Shown here one piece after another: positions 1-7,955 of a stretch of 30,399 nucleotides of DNA. The number at the start of each line of letters is the position of its first letter. The stretch's first letter is position 1. The stretch is from a virus. Taxonomy: Duplodnaviria; Caudoviricetes. The notes beneath the pieces were generated by a model. The model was not told the origin of the DNA, did not search any database, and was given only the letters and a program-made list of their open reading frames with translations. Position numbers and translations under genes: made by a program. The stretch covers positions 1 to 30,399 of the IMG/VR virus record IMGVR_UViG_3300017785_000664. The stretch is one strand, 5' to 3'.

Positions 1-123
1 GGTAATGAAGTTGAAATATATGTTATACAACCTTATGTATCAGGTTTTGACTATTATAGTCCAATAGATTATTCTGGTTCTTTACCTTATGCTTTGCTTG
101 AAGAAAACATAGCAGATTATCAA
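1..123. repeat. Terminal exact repeat (copy 1); circular assembly overlap
   Basis: 1-123 (ggtaatgaag...gattatcaa) is identical to 30277-30399 and lies inside a continuous reading frame. Confidence 0.95.
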
Positions 124-1308
124 ATTAACGATGTACAAAACGGATTTAGTGGTACAAAAGTAATCAACTTCAATAATGGTATTCCTTCTGAAGAAATGCG
201 TGATAAAATGAAGCGTGATGTTATGGGTAAATTAACAGGTGCAAGAGGAGAAAAAGTTATTATTGCTTTTAACGCTAATGCAGAATCTAAAACTACAGTA
301 GAAGATTTACCTTTGAACGATGCACCAGCGCATTACGAGTATTTAAGTAAAGAATGTTTTGATAAGTTAATTGTAGGACATAGAGTTACTTCACCTATGT
401 TATTAGGAATACGTTCTGGTGATGGGGGGTTAGGTAACAATGCAGACGAAATAAAGACTGCTACGCTATTATTTGACAATATAGTTATAAAACCATATCA
501 ATTAGAAATAATAGACGCTATTAATGAAATATTAGCTGTTAATAATATATCTTTAAAACTTTACTTTAAAACAATACAACCTTTAGAATTTGTTGATGTT
601 TCTGGAATGAATGCAGAAACAATAGAAGAAGAAACTGGAGTTAAAATGTGTTCACATAATTTAGCAAGTGATTCTATTGCTGATTTGTTAATTGAAAAAG
701 GAGAAGAATTAAGCGATGAATGGTTTTTAATTGACGAAACAGAAGTTGATTATGATACTGAAGAAGAATTAGATTCTGAAATAAATACTTTAAATAATAA
801 AAAGAAAAGCGCATTATCTAAAATGTGGAAATTTATAACTTCTACAGGTACTGCAAAACCTAATATTAAAAGTCCTGAACAAGATGCTGTTATAGATGGC
901 GTTCAATTTATTACAAGATATAAATATAGCGGGGATTTAAGCGGGGAACGTGAATTTTGCAGTAAAATGTTACGTGCAGATAAAATATATCGTAAAGAAG
1001 ATATTGTTGCAATGGAAACACAAGTAGTAAATTCAGGTTTTGGAAAAGGTGGTTCTGATTCTTATGATGTCTGGTTATACAAAGGCGGAGCAAGATGTAA
1101 CCATAAATGGTTGCGTAGAACTTATGCTAATTTTGATGGTGTTAAAATAGACCCTACAAATCCAAACGCTAAAGCTATTAGTGCTGCAACTGCTGAAAAA
1201 TATGGTTATAGAATCAGAAACGATAAAGAAGTTTCAATGAAACCAAGCGATATGCCTACAAAAGGTTATACACAAAAATATTGGGATAAAATGGGATATA
1301 CAAATTAA
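1..1308 (+). CDS. Portal protein, 3' part (gene starts at 29791 and crosses the join; ~597 aa in total), with C-terminal minor-head-protein-like extension
   Basis: Frame 1 is open from base 1 and in frame with ATG 29791; portal-like motifs NGFSG, HRVTSPMLLGI, GLGNNADEI, VIKPYQ; followed by an adaptor-like gene. Confidence 0.85.
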   Translation, partial: GNEVEIYVIQPYVSGFDYYSPIDYSGSLPYALLEENIADYQINDVQNGFSGTKVINFNNGIPSEEMRDKMKRDVMGKLTGARGEKVIIAFNANAESKTTVEDLPLNDAPAHYEYLSKECFDKLIVGHRVTSPMLLGIRSGDGGLGNNADEIKTATLLFDNIVIKPYQLEIIDAINEILAVNNISLKLYFKTIQPLEFVDVSGMNAETIEEETGVKMCSHNLASDSIADLLIEKGEELSDEWFLIDETEVDYDTEEELDSEINTLNNKKKSALSKMWKFITSTGTAKPNIKSPEQDAVIDGVQFITRYKYSGDLSGEREFCSKMLRADKIYRKEDIVAMETQVVNSGFGKGGSDSYDVWLYKGGARCNHKWLRRTYANFDGVKIDPTNPNAKAISAATAEKYGYRIRNDKEVSMKPSDMPTKGYTQKYWDKMGYTN

Positions 1309-1313
1309 TAAAA

Positions 1314-1814
1314 ATGGCAAAAGCACTCTTTATAACAACAAACGATTTAGTTAAATATACTATTTTAAATGGTAACGTTGACCCTGATACATATACACAA
1401 TATATATTTCAAGCTCAACAAGTACATATCCAAAATTATTTAGGTACTAAATTATATAATAAGATTAACGATGGAATTGTAGCTGGTAATTTAGCAAGTC
1501 CATATACAACGCTTTTAAGCGACTATATTAAAATGATGGTAGTACATTGGACTATGGTAGAGTTTTTACCTTACGCATCTATTAAAATAAGCGAGAAAGG
1601 TGTATTTAAACATAGTTCAGAGAATAGTACTGCGGTTGATAAAACTGAAATAGATTTTTTAATTGAAAAGTCACGTGATACGGCACAAAGTTATACAAAT
1701 CGTTTTATTGATTATATGACTTTCAATCAAGTTTTATTTCCTGAATATAATTTGAATTCTAATGCAGATGTATACCCAGATAAAGACGCAAATTTTTCAG
1801 GATGGGTACTATAA
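1314..1814 (+). CDS. Probable head-tail adaptor/connector protein
   Basis: 166 aa ORF directly after the portal; NGNVD...AQ..HIQNYLGTKLY pattern recalled from Bacteroidota phage head-completion proteins. Confidence 0.55.
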   Translation: MAKALFITTNDLVKYTILNGNVDPDTYTQYIFQAQQVHIQNYLGTKLYNKINDGIVAGNLASPYTTLLSDYIKMMVVHWTMVEFLPYASIKISEKGVFKHSSENSTAVDKTEIDFLIEKSRDTAQSYTNRFIDYMTFNQVLFPEYNLNSNADVYPDKDANFSGWVL

Positions 1815-1897
1815 AAGAAACGTATAAACCAAAAGAAACTAATGTTAAAAAATTAGAAATCTTTTTAAATAAATTAGAAAAGAAAAATGGCGAATAA
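1802..1897 (+). CDS. Small basic hypothetical protein (31 aa, MGTIKETYKPKETNVKKLEIFLNKLEKKNGE)
   Basis: Translated by hand; fills the gap exactly and overlaps both neighbours. Confidence 0.55.
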   Translation: MGTIKETYKPKETNVKKLEIFLNKLEKKNGE

Positions 1898-2414
1898 TAT
1901 AGACTGGGGTCAAGGAGCAAACAATAATACAATAGGATGGGGTCAAGGTGCGTTTAATAATAATATATCTTGGGGTAAATCACATTACACAAGCAATAGT
2001 GGAGAAACAGATATTGTAGGAAACGAAGGTGGGATAGTAACTAATTTTAAAGATAGAATATTATTAGATACAGGTATATTTGAAGCACAATCTTGCTTAC
2101 TAACTATATTAGAAAATTTAGATGTTAATATTGTTATTCCTGATACACCTCCTGCTCCAACAGTTTATTCATTTAGTGTTTCCGAATGTTGTGGTAGTTG
2201 TGAAGCAACAGTATATTCATCTTCTCCTTCAATAATAGTTGGAACTGCTTTATATACTAACATAGGGTTAACTACAGTATTTACAAGTGGCTGCCCTACA
2301 ATAAGAGTAGGCGTATGTCTACCTATTGAAGAGGGAAGTTTTGCTGATGATGGGTTTACATTAAACGGTTCAGGTGTAGTTACGTCTATAAATCAATTTG
2401 TAAACTGTCAATAA
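1887..2414 (+). CDS. Putative virion protein with N-terminal NNxIxWG repeats and Cys-rich C-terminal domain
   Basis: 175 aa ORF with three WG repeats, located in the structural block. Confidence 0.6.
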   Translation: MANNIDWGQGANNNTIGWGQGAFNNNISWGKSHYTSNSGETDIVGNEGGIVTNFKDRILLDTGIFEAQSCLLTILENLDVNIVIPDTPPAPTVYSFSVSECCGSCEATVYSSSPSIIVGTALYTNIGLTTVFTSGCPTIRVGVCLPIEEGSFADDGFTLNGSGVVTSINQFVNCQ

Positions 2415-2438
2415 TTAATTAAAATAAAATAATATATA

Positions 2439-3701
2439 ATGAGTTTATTAGATAAAGCATCGTTAATAGTAACGCCAAACGCATATAAAGCAAGTAAGTT
2501 ATATTCAGTTGTTCCTAATACCACATTAGGAGATATGAATGTAGTTCGCGCTACAACAGCAACAAGGGTAAATAGTTTAGGATTGATTGAAAGTTTAGCA
2601 ATTAATGTTCCCCGTATTGATTACACAAACGGAAGTTGTCCGAGTTTATTGGTTGAATCACAAAGAACTAATTTATTAACTCAAAGCAATAATTTTTCAG
2701 ATGTTGGATGGGAAAAAACTTTTGTTACTGCAACTTTATCTTCAACTGATTTTTTAAATGGAGAAAAATCTTATTTAGTATCTGAAACAGCTCTTGCTGG
2801 AAATCATAATATAGCAAAAATAACAAATGTAAGCGTTGGTGTTACAAACACTTATTCTATTTATTTTAAAAAAGGTACAGGAAGCTCTGCTCCCAATATT
2901 GTTAGATTAAGAGGTTTTTGGGGTGATGCTCTTGTTAATTTTAATATATTAACAGGGACTAAATTATTTCAAAGTGCTTCTGTAATATCTGCATCAATAA
3001 CTCCAGCTTCAAATGGATGGTTTAGATGTACTATGACTTATTCAGGGTTAAGTAATAGTAATAATTATTTTATTGTTCAATTTGTAAACAATACAGATTC
3101 AACGGCAGTTAATTTATCATATGTTGGAAATGTAAATGCTAATGTTTTTGTTGCTGGAGGACAAAATGAAGTTGGCTTAAATGCTACTTCATACATCCCA
3201 ACAGTTGCATCTACAGTAACTCGTAACGCTGATGTTATTTCTAAAACAGGAATAAGTACTTTAATAGGGCAAACAGAAGGAACTATATATGCAGAAATAA
3301 AAGTAAATAAACTTATTGGAACTTCATCAAGATACATATTACACATATCTGATGGAACTGTAAACAATCGTATTTATATGGCTTTTTCAGGCGCAAGCTC
3401 AAACGTAATAAGAGCTAGAATTTTTAATAGTGGTACCTTACAATGTAGTATAAATAGTTCTACTATCACAACAACAGGAACTTATAAATTAGCTTTAGCA
3501 TATAAAAATAATGATATTGTATTTTATATAAATGGAGTTCAAATAGGAACTGATGTAGTAGCTACAATTCCAACCTGTAGCAAAGTAGATATAGGGCATA
3601 ATTACGCGAGTGTTTCACAATTAAATGATGGTATTGCAAATGCAAATATTTTTAAAACAAGACTTTCAAATACTGAACTTGTAAAATTAACAACACTATA
3701 A
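2439..3701 (+). CDS. Tail fibre / receptor-binding protein with carbohydrate-binding and LamG/ConA-like domains
   Basis: PRIDY...CPSLLVE.QRTN, NGWFRC, ATSYIPT...VTRNAD, GQTEGT and YINGVQIG motifs; Ser/Thr/Asn-rich beta protein. Confidence 0.75.
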   Translation: MSLLDKASLIVTPNAYKASKLYSVVPNTTLGDMNVVRATTATRVNSLGLIESLAINVPRIDYTNGSCPSLLVESQRTNLLTQSNNFSDVGWEKTFVTATLSSTDFLNGEKSYLVSETALAGNHNIAKITNVSVGVTNTYSIYFKKGTGSSAPNIVRLRGFWGDALVNFNILTGTKLFQSASVISASITPASNGWFRCTMTYSGLSNSNNYFIVQFVNNTDSTAVNLSYVGNVNANVFVAGGQNEVGLNATSYIPTVASTVTRNADVISKTGISTLIGQTEGTIYAEIKVNKLIGTSSRYILHISDGTVNNRIYMAFSGASSNVIRARIFNSGTLQCSINSSTITTTGTYKLALAYKNNDIVFYINGVQIGTDVVATIPTCSKVDIGHNYASVSQLNDGIANANIFKTRLSNTELVKLTTL

Positions 3702-3702
3702 A

Positions 3703-4002
3703 ATGATATATAAATTAAATTATTTAGACAAAGAAACCGCAATAGCTGATTTACTAGCAAAAGGAGTTTACAATGAAAATTTATCTTACGGACAAGGTAT
3801 TCAAGCTATTGTAGAAATTGGTAAAATTGTTCTAGAAAATGGAACATACGATGCAGACTTTAACGAATTAACTGCTCCTGTTTTTGCTGATGGTTACGCT
3901 TTTGATATTATGTCAGATATTGAAATAGTTTTTGCAAGTGAAATATTTCCTGTAACTCCAAGACATAATTTTGCTGGATGTGAACCAATTAATAATAATT
4001 AA
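3703..4002 (+). CDS. Fibre-associated small protein (possible assembly chaperone)
   Basis: 99 aa ORF coupled to the fibre gene; C-terminal P.H.FAG motif. Confidence 0.55.
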   Translation: MIYKLNYLDKETAIADLLAKGVYNENLSYGQGIQAIVEIGKIVLENGTYDADFNELTAPVFADGYAFDIMSDIEIVFASEIFPVTPRHNFAGCEPINNN

Positions 4003-4012
4003 ATAAATTAAA

Positions 4013-4348
4013 ATGAGTTTAAATTTTTCACATATACAAGGAGATACATTTGAAGCAGTTAATTTCGCTGTTATTAAAAATGCAGTAGTATTAAATTTAA
4101 CTGGCGCTGTAATTAAAATGCAATTAAAAAAAGAATGTGGTGGAGTTCCTATTTTATCATTTACTACAGTTGCAAGTGCTGGTTTAACAATTACAAACGC
4201 TGCTGGAGGATTGTTTAAAATAAACAAACAAATAATTAATATTCCTGAATATAATTATGTGTACGATATTGAAATAACATTTTCAGATGGAAGTGTTAAA
4301 ACTTGGGTAGAAGGTAATTTTGTAATTAAATGTGATATAACAAGATAA
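4013..4348 (+). CDS. Structural protein, BppU-N/Ig-like fibre-attachment domain
   Basis: QGDTF, NLTGA.IKMQ, YVYDIEIT...VKTWVEG pattern. Confidence 0.55.
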   Translation: MSLNFSHIQGDTFEAVNFAVIKNAVVLNLTGAVIKMQLKKECGGVPILSFTTVASAGLTITNAAGGLFKINKQIINIPEYNYVYDIEITFSDGSVKTWVEGNFVIKCDITR

Positions 4349-4349
4349 G

Positions 4350-5024
4350 ATGGCAAACGATATAATTAATATAAATGTTACCGAAACTATTGAAACAGTT
4401 GCAATAACAGTACAACCTAATTTAACTACTATTAATGTAAATCAAAATATTCCTCCTGTCACTTCTGTTAATGGACAAACTGGAAATGTAGTTATTGCTA
4501 TTCCTGAAATTTATTCTTATGGATTATATGCTCAAACTGCTTTAAGTAATATTGTAACTTTTGCAAGTGGCGAAGCTTCAATTGTTGGTGCTGGTGTTGG
4601 AACGTTAAGTGTTCCTGAAGATACATTTAAAGTTGGAGATTCTTTTGCTGTTAGAATGTGTGGAGAATTAACTTGCGCAAACAATGAAGAATTACATATA
4701 CATATTAAATCAAATGGAGTTAAAATAATTGATGGTTTAATATATACATTATCAACTGCAAATAATAAAGGGTGGGAATTAACATTAGATTTTACTATTA
4801 CAAAAATAGGTGGCGCTGGTACTGCTGAAATATTTTCTAATTGTTTATTTACATATAATAAAAACGCAAACAATAATATTGATGGAATTCATTTAAGACA
4901 AATAGAAAAAACAAATTTTAATACAACTATTCAAAATAATTTAACTATAGCAGCTCAATGGATTGGCAGTAGTGGAGTTAATAGAATACAATCACAAAAC
5001 TTTACACTAACAAAAGTTTATTAA
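4350..5024 (+). CDS. Putative second fibre/spike protein
   Basis: 224 aa; VTSVNGQTGNV fibre motif followed by a beta-rich domain. Confidence 0.6.
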   Translation: MANDIININVTETIETVAITVQPNLTTINVNQNIPPVTSVNGQTGNVVIAIPEIYSYGLYAQTALSNIVTFASGEASIVGAGVGTLSVPEDTFKVGDSFAVRMCGELTCANNEELHIHIKSNGVKIIDGLIYTLSTANNKGWELTLDFTITKIGGAGTAEIFSNCLFTYNKNANNNIDGIHLRQIEKTNFNTTIQNNLTIAAQWIGSSGVNRIQSQNFTLTKVY

Positions 5025-5025
5025 A

Positions 5026-5208
5026 ATGAGTAAAGAACAATTTGATATAATATTAAATAAATGGATTTCACGCAAGTTATTAGTTTTCATAATAGCTTGT
5101 ATTGGTTTATTTAACCAAACATTAACGAGCGCTGATTGGGTTGTTATTGCAACTGCTTATATAGGAATACAAGGATTTACAGAAATAGTTACCCAATTAA
5201 AAAAATGA
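5026..5208 (+). CDS. Holin
   Basis: 60 aa, two hydrophobic segments, SRKLLVF and YIG.QG motifs, upstream of the endolysin. Confidence 0.7.
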   Translation: MSKEQFDIILNKWISRKLLVFIIACIGLFNQTLTSADWVVIATAYIGIQGFTEIVTQLKK

Positions 5209-5381
5209 AAAATTATATTTTAGATTTAAAGAGTTCCTTTTTAACAGGAGGGTATTTAGTTTTTACTTTCACAAATGTAGATACAGCTATGAAAGTTTTT
5301 GCTTTTATTATTGCTACAGGATATACTGCTCGTAGATGGTATTTAATGGAAAAGACCAATAAAAATGAAACTGAACAATAG
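5205..5381 (+). CDS. Second small membrane protein (holin/antiholin), 58 aa
   Basis: The ATGA overlap with the holin stop supports a start at 5205 rather than 5136; two hydrophobic stretches and a charged C-terminus. Confidence 0.6.
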   Translation: MKNYILDLKSSFLTGGYLVFTFTNVDTAMKVFAFIIATGYTARRWYLMEKTNKNETEQ

Positions 5382-5811
5382 CGGTTATTTACTTATAACA
5401 GAATTTGAAGGATTTAGTTCAAAACCATATTTGTGTTCCGCAAAGATTGCTACAATAGGATTCGGAAATACTTACTATTCCGATAATAAACGCGTAACAA
5501 TGTTGGACAAAGAAATAAGTAAAGTTCAAGCTTTTGAAATGTTTAAACATATTGCAGATAAATTTGCTAGTACAGTTTCTAAATTAGTTACAAGTCCTTT
5601 AAATCAAAATCAATTTAACGCATTAGTTTCAATAGCTTATAATATTGGAACAGGTAATTTTGCAAGTTCTACATTATTAAAAAAAGTAAATAAAAATCAC
5701 AATGATATTTCTATTGAATTAGAATTTAAAAAGTGGAATAAAGTAAATAAAAAAGAAGTAGCAGGTTTAACTAAAAGAAGATTATATGAAAGCAAAGTTT
5801 ATTTTTCTTAA
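5365..5811 (+). CDS. Endolysin, GH24 (T4/P1-type) lysozyme
   Basis: E15-X8-C24-X5-T30 triad, TIGFG, QNQFNALVS.AYNIG, SSTLLKK, GLTKRR..E. Confidence 0.92.
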   Translation: MKLNNSGYLLITEFEGFSSKPYLCSAKIATIGFGNTYYSDNKRVTMLDKEISKVQAFEMFKHIADKFASTVSKLVTSPLNQNQFNALVSIAYNIGTGNFASSTLLKKVNKNHNDISIELEFKKWNKVNKKEVAGLTKRRLYESKVYFS

Positions 5812-6280
5812 TATCATATGTGGTGCACTTTTATTATCTTGCGCATCTCGTAAAGTAAATACACAAATATCAGAAGTTAAAAAAGATAGTTTAGTAGTAA
5901 CGCTTGTAGATACTAAAATAGAAACTAAAAAAGACACTGATTCAGAAACTAATATAAACACATTTATAGATAGTGATGAAATTATAATAAAACCTTTAGA
6001 TAGTTTAAAAGAAATTATTGTAGATGGTAAACATTATAAAAACGTTGTTTTAACGATTAAAAAAACTAAAACTAATAGTTTATATAACAATAAAGAAAAA
6101 GTGTCAGAAAACGCTTTAAAACAACAAAAGAAATCAATTAATATACAAACCAAACAAGTTGAAAATAAGAAATCAAAAGTTATAGATAAAAAAGCAAATT
6201 ATTTTATTTATTTATGGTTTTTATTAGGTTTAATTATTCTTTATTTAATATATAAATATAAAAGGTTTTTTTTAATTTAA
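5786..6280 (+). CDS. Lipoprotein, probable unimolecular spanin
   Basis: Lipobox LLSC (Cys19) plus C-terminal transmembrane helix YFIYLWFLLGLIILYLIY with basic tail; directly after the endolysin. Confidence 0.7.
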   Translation: MKAKFIFLNIICGALLLSCASRKVNTQISEVKKDSLVVTLVDTKIETKKDTDSETNINTFIDSDEIIIKPLDSLKEIIVDGKHYKNVVLTIKKTKTNSLYNNKEKVSENALKQQKKSINIQTKQVENKKSKVIDKKANYFIYLWFLLGLIILYLIYKYKRFFLI

Positions 6281-6374
6281 GTTATATTTAAAAGAAAGAA
6301 AAGAAAAACAAAAGAAGCGTAAGAAAATAAAAAGAAAATAAAGAAAAAGCCCATAGAAAAAGTTATTTTCAAAT

Positions 6375-6436
6375 TACCTGTTCCAAATAGCTTCCTTCTT
6401 TATTAGGTTCTATAAGTCTACAACGCATTGGAAGTA
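6375..6436 (-). ncRNA. Candidate structured (pseudoknotted) antisense RNA
   Basis: Nested stems 6381-6386/6428-6433 and 6387-6393/6414-6421, crossing pair 6376-6379/6405-6408; begins just downstream of a minus-strand TACATTTG. Confidence 0.4.
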
Positions 6437-6444
6437 CAAATGTA
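6437..6444 (-). promoter_or_regulatory. Bacteroidota -7 element TACATTTG on the minus strand
   Basis: Plus strand CAAATGTA matches TAnnTTTG in reverse; intergenic; TTTA ~20 nt upstream at the -33 position. Confidence 0.5.
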
Positions 6445-6472
6445 TAATAATAATTCTAATTCTTAAAATTTG

Positions 6473-6494
6473 TTATTAACACAAAAGTTAATAA
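6473..6494. promoter_or_regulatory. Inverted repeat TTATTAAC-N6-GTTAATAA (DnaA-box-like pair / operator)
   Basis: Perfect 8-bp inverted repeat between two divergent -7 elements; TTATTAACA is two mismatches from TTATCCACA. Confidence 0.4.
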
Positions 6495-6502
6495 GTGATA
6501 TT

Positions 6503-6510
6503 TATATTTG
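6503..6510 (+). promoter_or_regulatory. -7 element TATATTTG for the NinG-like gene (near-leaderless)
   Basis: Matches TAnnTTTG; ends 4 nt before ATG 6515. Confidence 0.55.
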
Positions 6511-6514
6511 ACAA

Positions 6515-6889
6515 ATGAAAAAACCAACACGCAAGTCATTAGTAATAAAATTAGATACTATCTTTAGTCAATATATAAGACAAAAAGATGCTGTTAATGA
6601 AATAGCTACTTGCGTTACTTGTGGAAAAAAAGACCATTGGAAGAAATTACAAAACGGGCATTTTATGTCACGTTCACATTATTCAACAAGATGGGACGAA
6701 AACAACGTTGGAGTTCAATGTTATGGATGCAATATATCTCGGTCAGGAGAACAATTCAAATTTAGTCAATATCTTGGTAATAACTTATCTGAAGAATTAC
6801 AAATTAAATCAAAACAAATAGTTAAATTTGCTGATATAGATTTAATAGACTTAATTAACTACTATACCGAAAAGGTAAATAATATATAA
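6515..6889 (+). CDS. ninG: NinG/Rap-like recombination endonuclease
   Basis: LD.IFSQYIR.KD, CVTCG, GHFMSR....TRWDE.N...QC..CN. Confidence 0.85.
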   Translation: MKKPTRKSLVIKLDTIFSQYIRQKDAVNEIATCVTCGKKDHWKKLQNGHFMSRSHYSTRWDENNVGVQCYGCNISRSGEQFKFSQYLGNNLSEELQIKSKQIVKFADIDLIDLINYYTEKVNNI

Positions 6890-6921
6890 AATTCTGTTTC
6901 TTTGTTTCATTGTTGAAAATT

Positions 6922-6950
6922 GGGTGTCTATTTTAGATACCCTTTTTTTT
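6922..6950 (+). terminator. Intrinsic terminator
   Basis: GGGTGTCTA-TTT-TAGATACCC followed by T8. Confidence 0.9.
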
Positions 6951-6957
6951 GCTATAA

Positions 6958-7018
6958 GTTAAAGTTTTGTTAAAAAAAATTAAAATAGTTTTATATTAAA
7001 AAACAAGTTATATATTTG
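6958..7018 (+). promoter_or_regulatory. Early promoter: GTTAA-N6-GTTAA (6958-6973) plus TATATTTG (7011-7018)
   Basis: Same architecture and 53-nt offset recur at 12471. Confidence 0.75.
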
Positions 7019-7048
7019 TCAAACAATTAATAATTAAAACATTTAAAA

Positions 7049-7138
7049 ATGAAACAGAATTTAAAAGACTTCGCATCAGCATTACTATTCGTATTTACGT
7101 TTGGAATGATTTATTTAACATTAACATCTTTATTATAA
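7049..7138 (+). CDS. 29-aa single-pass membrane peptide (MKQNLKDFASALLFVFTFGMIYLTLTSLL)
   Basis: First ATG after the promoter, A-rich leader, TAATG coupling to the next ORF. Confidence 0.65.
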   Translation: MKQNLKDFASALLFVFTFGMIYLTLTSLL

Positions 7139-7317
7139 TGAAAGACTTATTAGATTACAACAGATTTAGAATGGAAGTTATGCAAAAACATATTTGCGAA
7201 CTTGAAGGAAAACTAACAAAGCTACAAAGTTTTTGTTTTGAAGTACTGGATGAAGATTGTCCAAAAGAATACAAAACATTAGTAAAAAAAGAAATTTATA
7301 ATTTAACACAAAACTAA
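7138..7317 (+). CDS. Hypothetical protein, 59 aa (MKDLLDYNRFRMEVMQKHICELE...)
   Basis: Translated by hand; coupled to genes on both sides. Confidence 0.75.
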   Translation: MKDLLDYNRFRMEVMQKHICELEGKLTKLQSFCFEVLDEDCPKEYKTLVKKEIYNLTQN

Positions 7318-7318
7318 A

Positions 7319-7900
7319 ATGGAACAAACATTAAACCAAAAACTGTCTTTAATTCAAAAAGAATTTAAAGCAAACAAATCAAAATTTAACTCATTCGGTA
7401 AATATAACTTTAGAAGTGCTGAAGATATATTAGAAGCATTAAAACCTTATAATGAAAAATACCAAGTAAGTTTTATAATTACAGAAAGGATAGTTTCAAG
7501 CTTTGATAGTAATAGTAATTTTCCGCCAATGTTAAAATCAATAGCAACTATTTTAGATAACAATGGAGTTAATAAAATATCAGCTACAGCTATTGTTGGA
7601 ATTGACTTAAATCAAAAAGGTATGCAAGTACCACAACAATTTGGTTCTGCATCTTCTTATGGAAAAAAATACGCATTAGGTAACTTATTACTTATTGATG
7701 ACACACAAGATTCAGACGCATCTAATAAACACGAAAAAACAGCAATAGGATTTCCTAAATTAGAAGAATTAAAATGGTTAAATAAAAATACACCTGAATT
7801 TAAAAAAGCTATTGAATATTTAAAAAATGGTGGTAGTATTGCAACTATTGAAAGTAAGTATAAAATGACTAAAGAAACAAAAGAAGAATTAACTAAATAA
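7319..7900 (+). CDS. erf: ERF-family single-strand annealing recombinase
   Basis: FGKYNFRSAEDIL, Q.FGSASSYGKKYAL...LLIDDTQDSD (ERF GS..TY..RYAL...D.D motif). Confidence 0.88.
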   Translation: MEQTLNQKLSLIQKEFKANKSKFNSFGKYNFRSAEDILEALKPYNEKYQVSFIITERIVSSFDSNSNFPPMLKSIATILDNNGVNKISATAIVGIDLNQKGMQVPQQFGSASSYGKKYALGNLLLIDDTQDSDASNKHEKTAIGFPKLEELKWLNKNTPEFKKAIEYLKNGGSIATIESKYKMTKETKEELTK

Positions 7901-7955
7901 AGCTGAATAGCCGACAACAGTAAAATAAGGTAGGCAATAAATAAAAACAAATAAT

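Noticed and set aside
94-1308. ORF-track start at 94 (404 aa)
   Set aside because: Edge artefact; the frame is open from base 1 and the real ATG is at 29791
2439-5024. Diversity-generating retroelement or invertible cassette acting on the fibre genes
   Set aside because: No reverse transcriptase or invertase gene, and no duplicated template repeat noticed
5136-5204. Upstream extension of the second membrane protein
   Set aside because: It overlaps the holin; the ATGA-coupled start at 5205 is more plausible
6375-6436. Known self-cleaving ribozyme or tRNA
   Set aside because: No hammerhead CUGANGA/GAAA core, twister or pistol consensus, or cloverleaf seen by eye
6621-6821. Alternative-frame + ORF inside ninG (likewise 21394-21591 inside the tail tip gene)
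   Set aside because: Fully nested, with no slippery site, coupling or motif support, unlike the 19048 case
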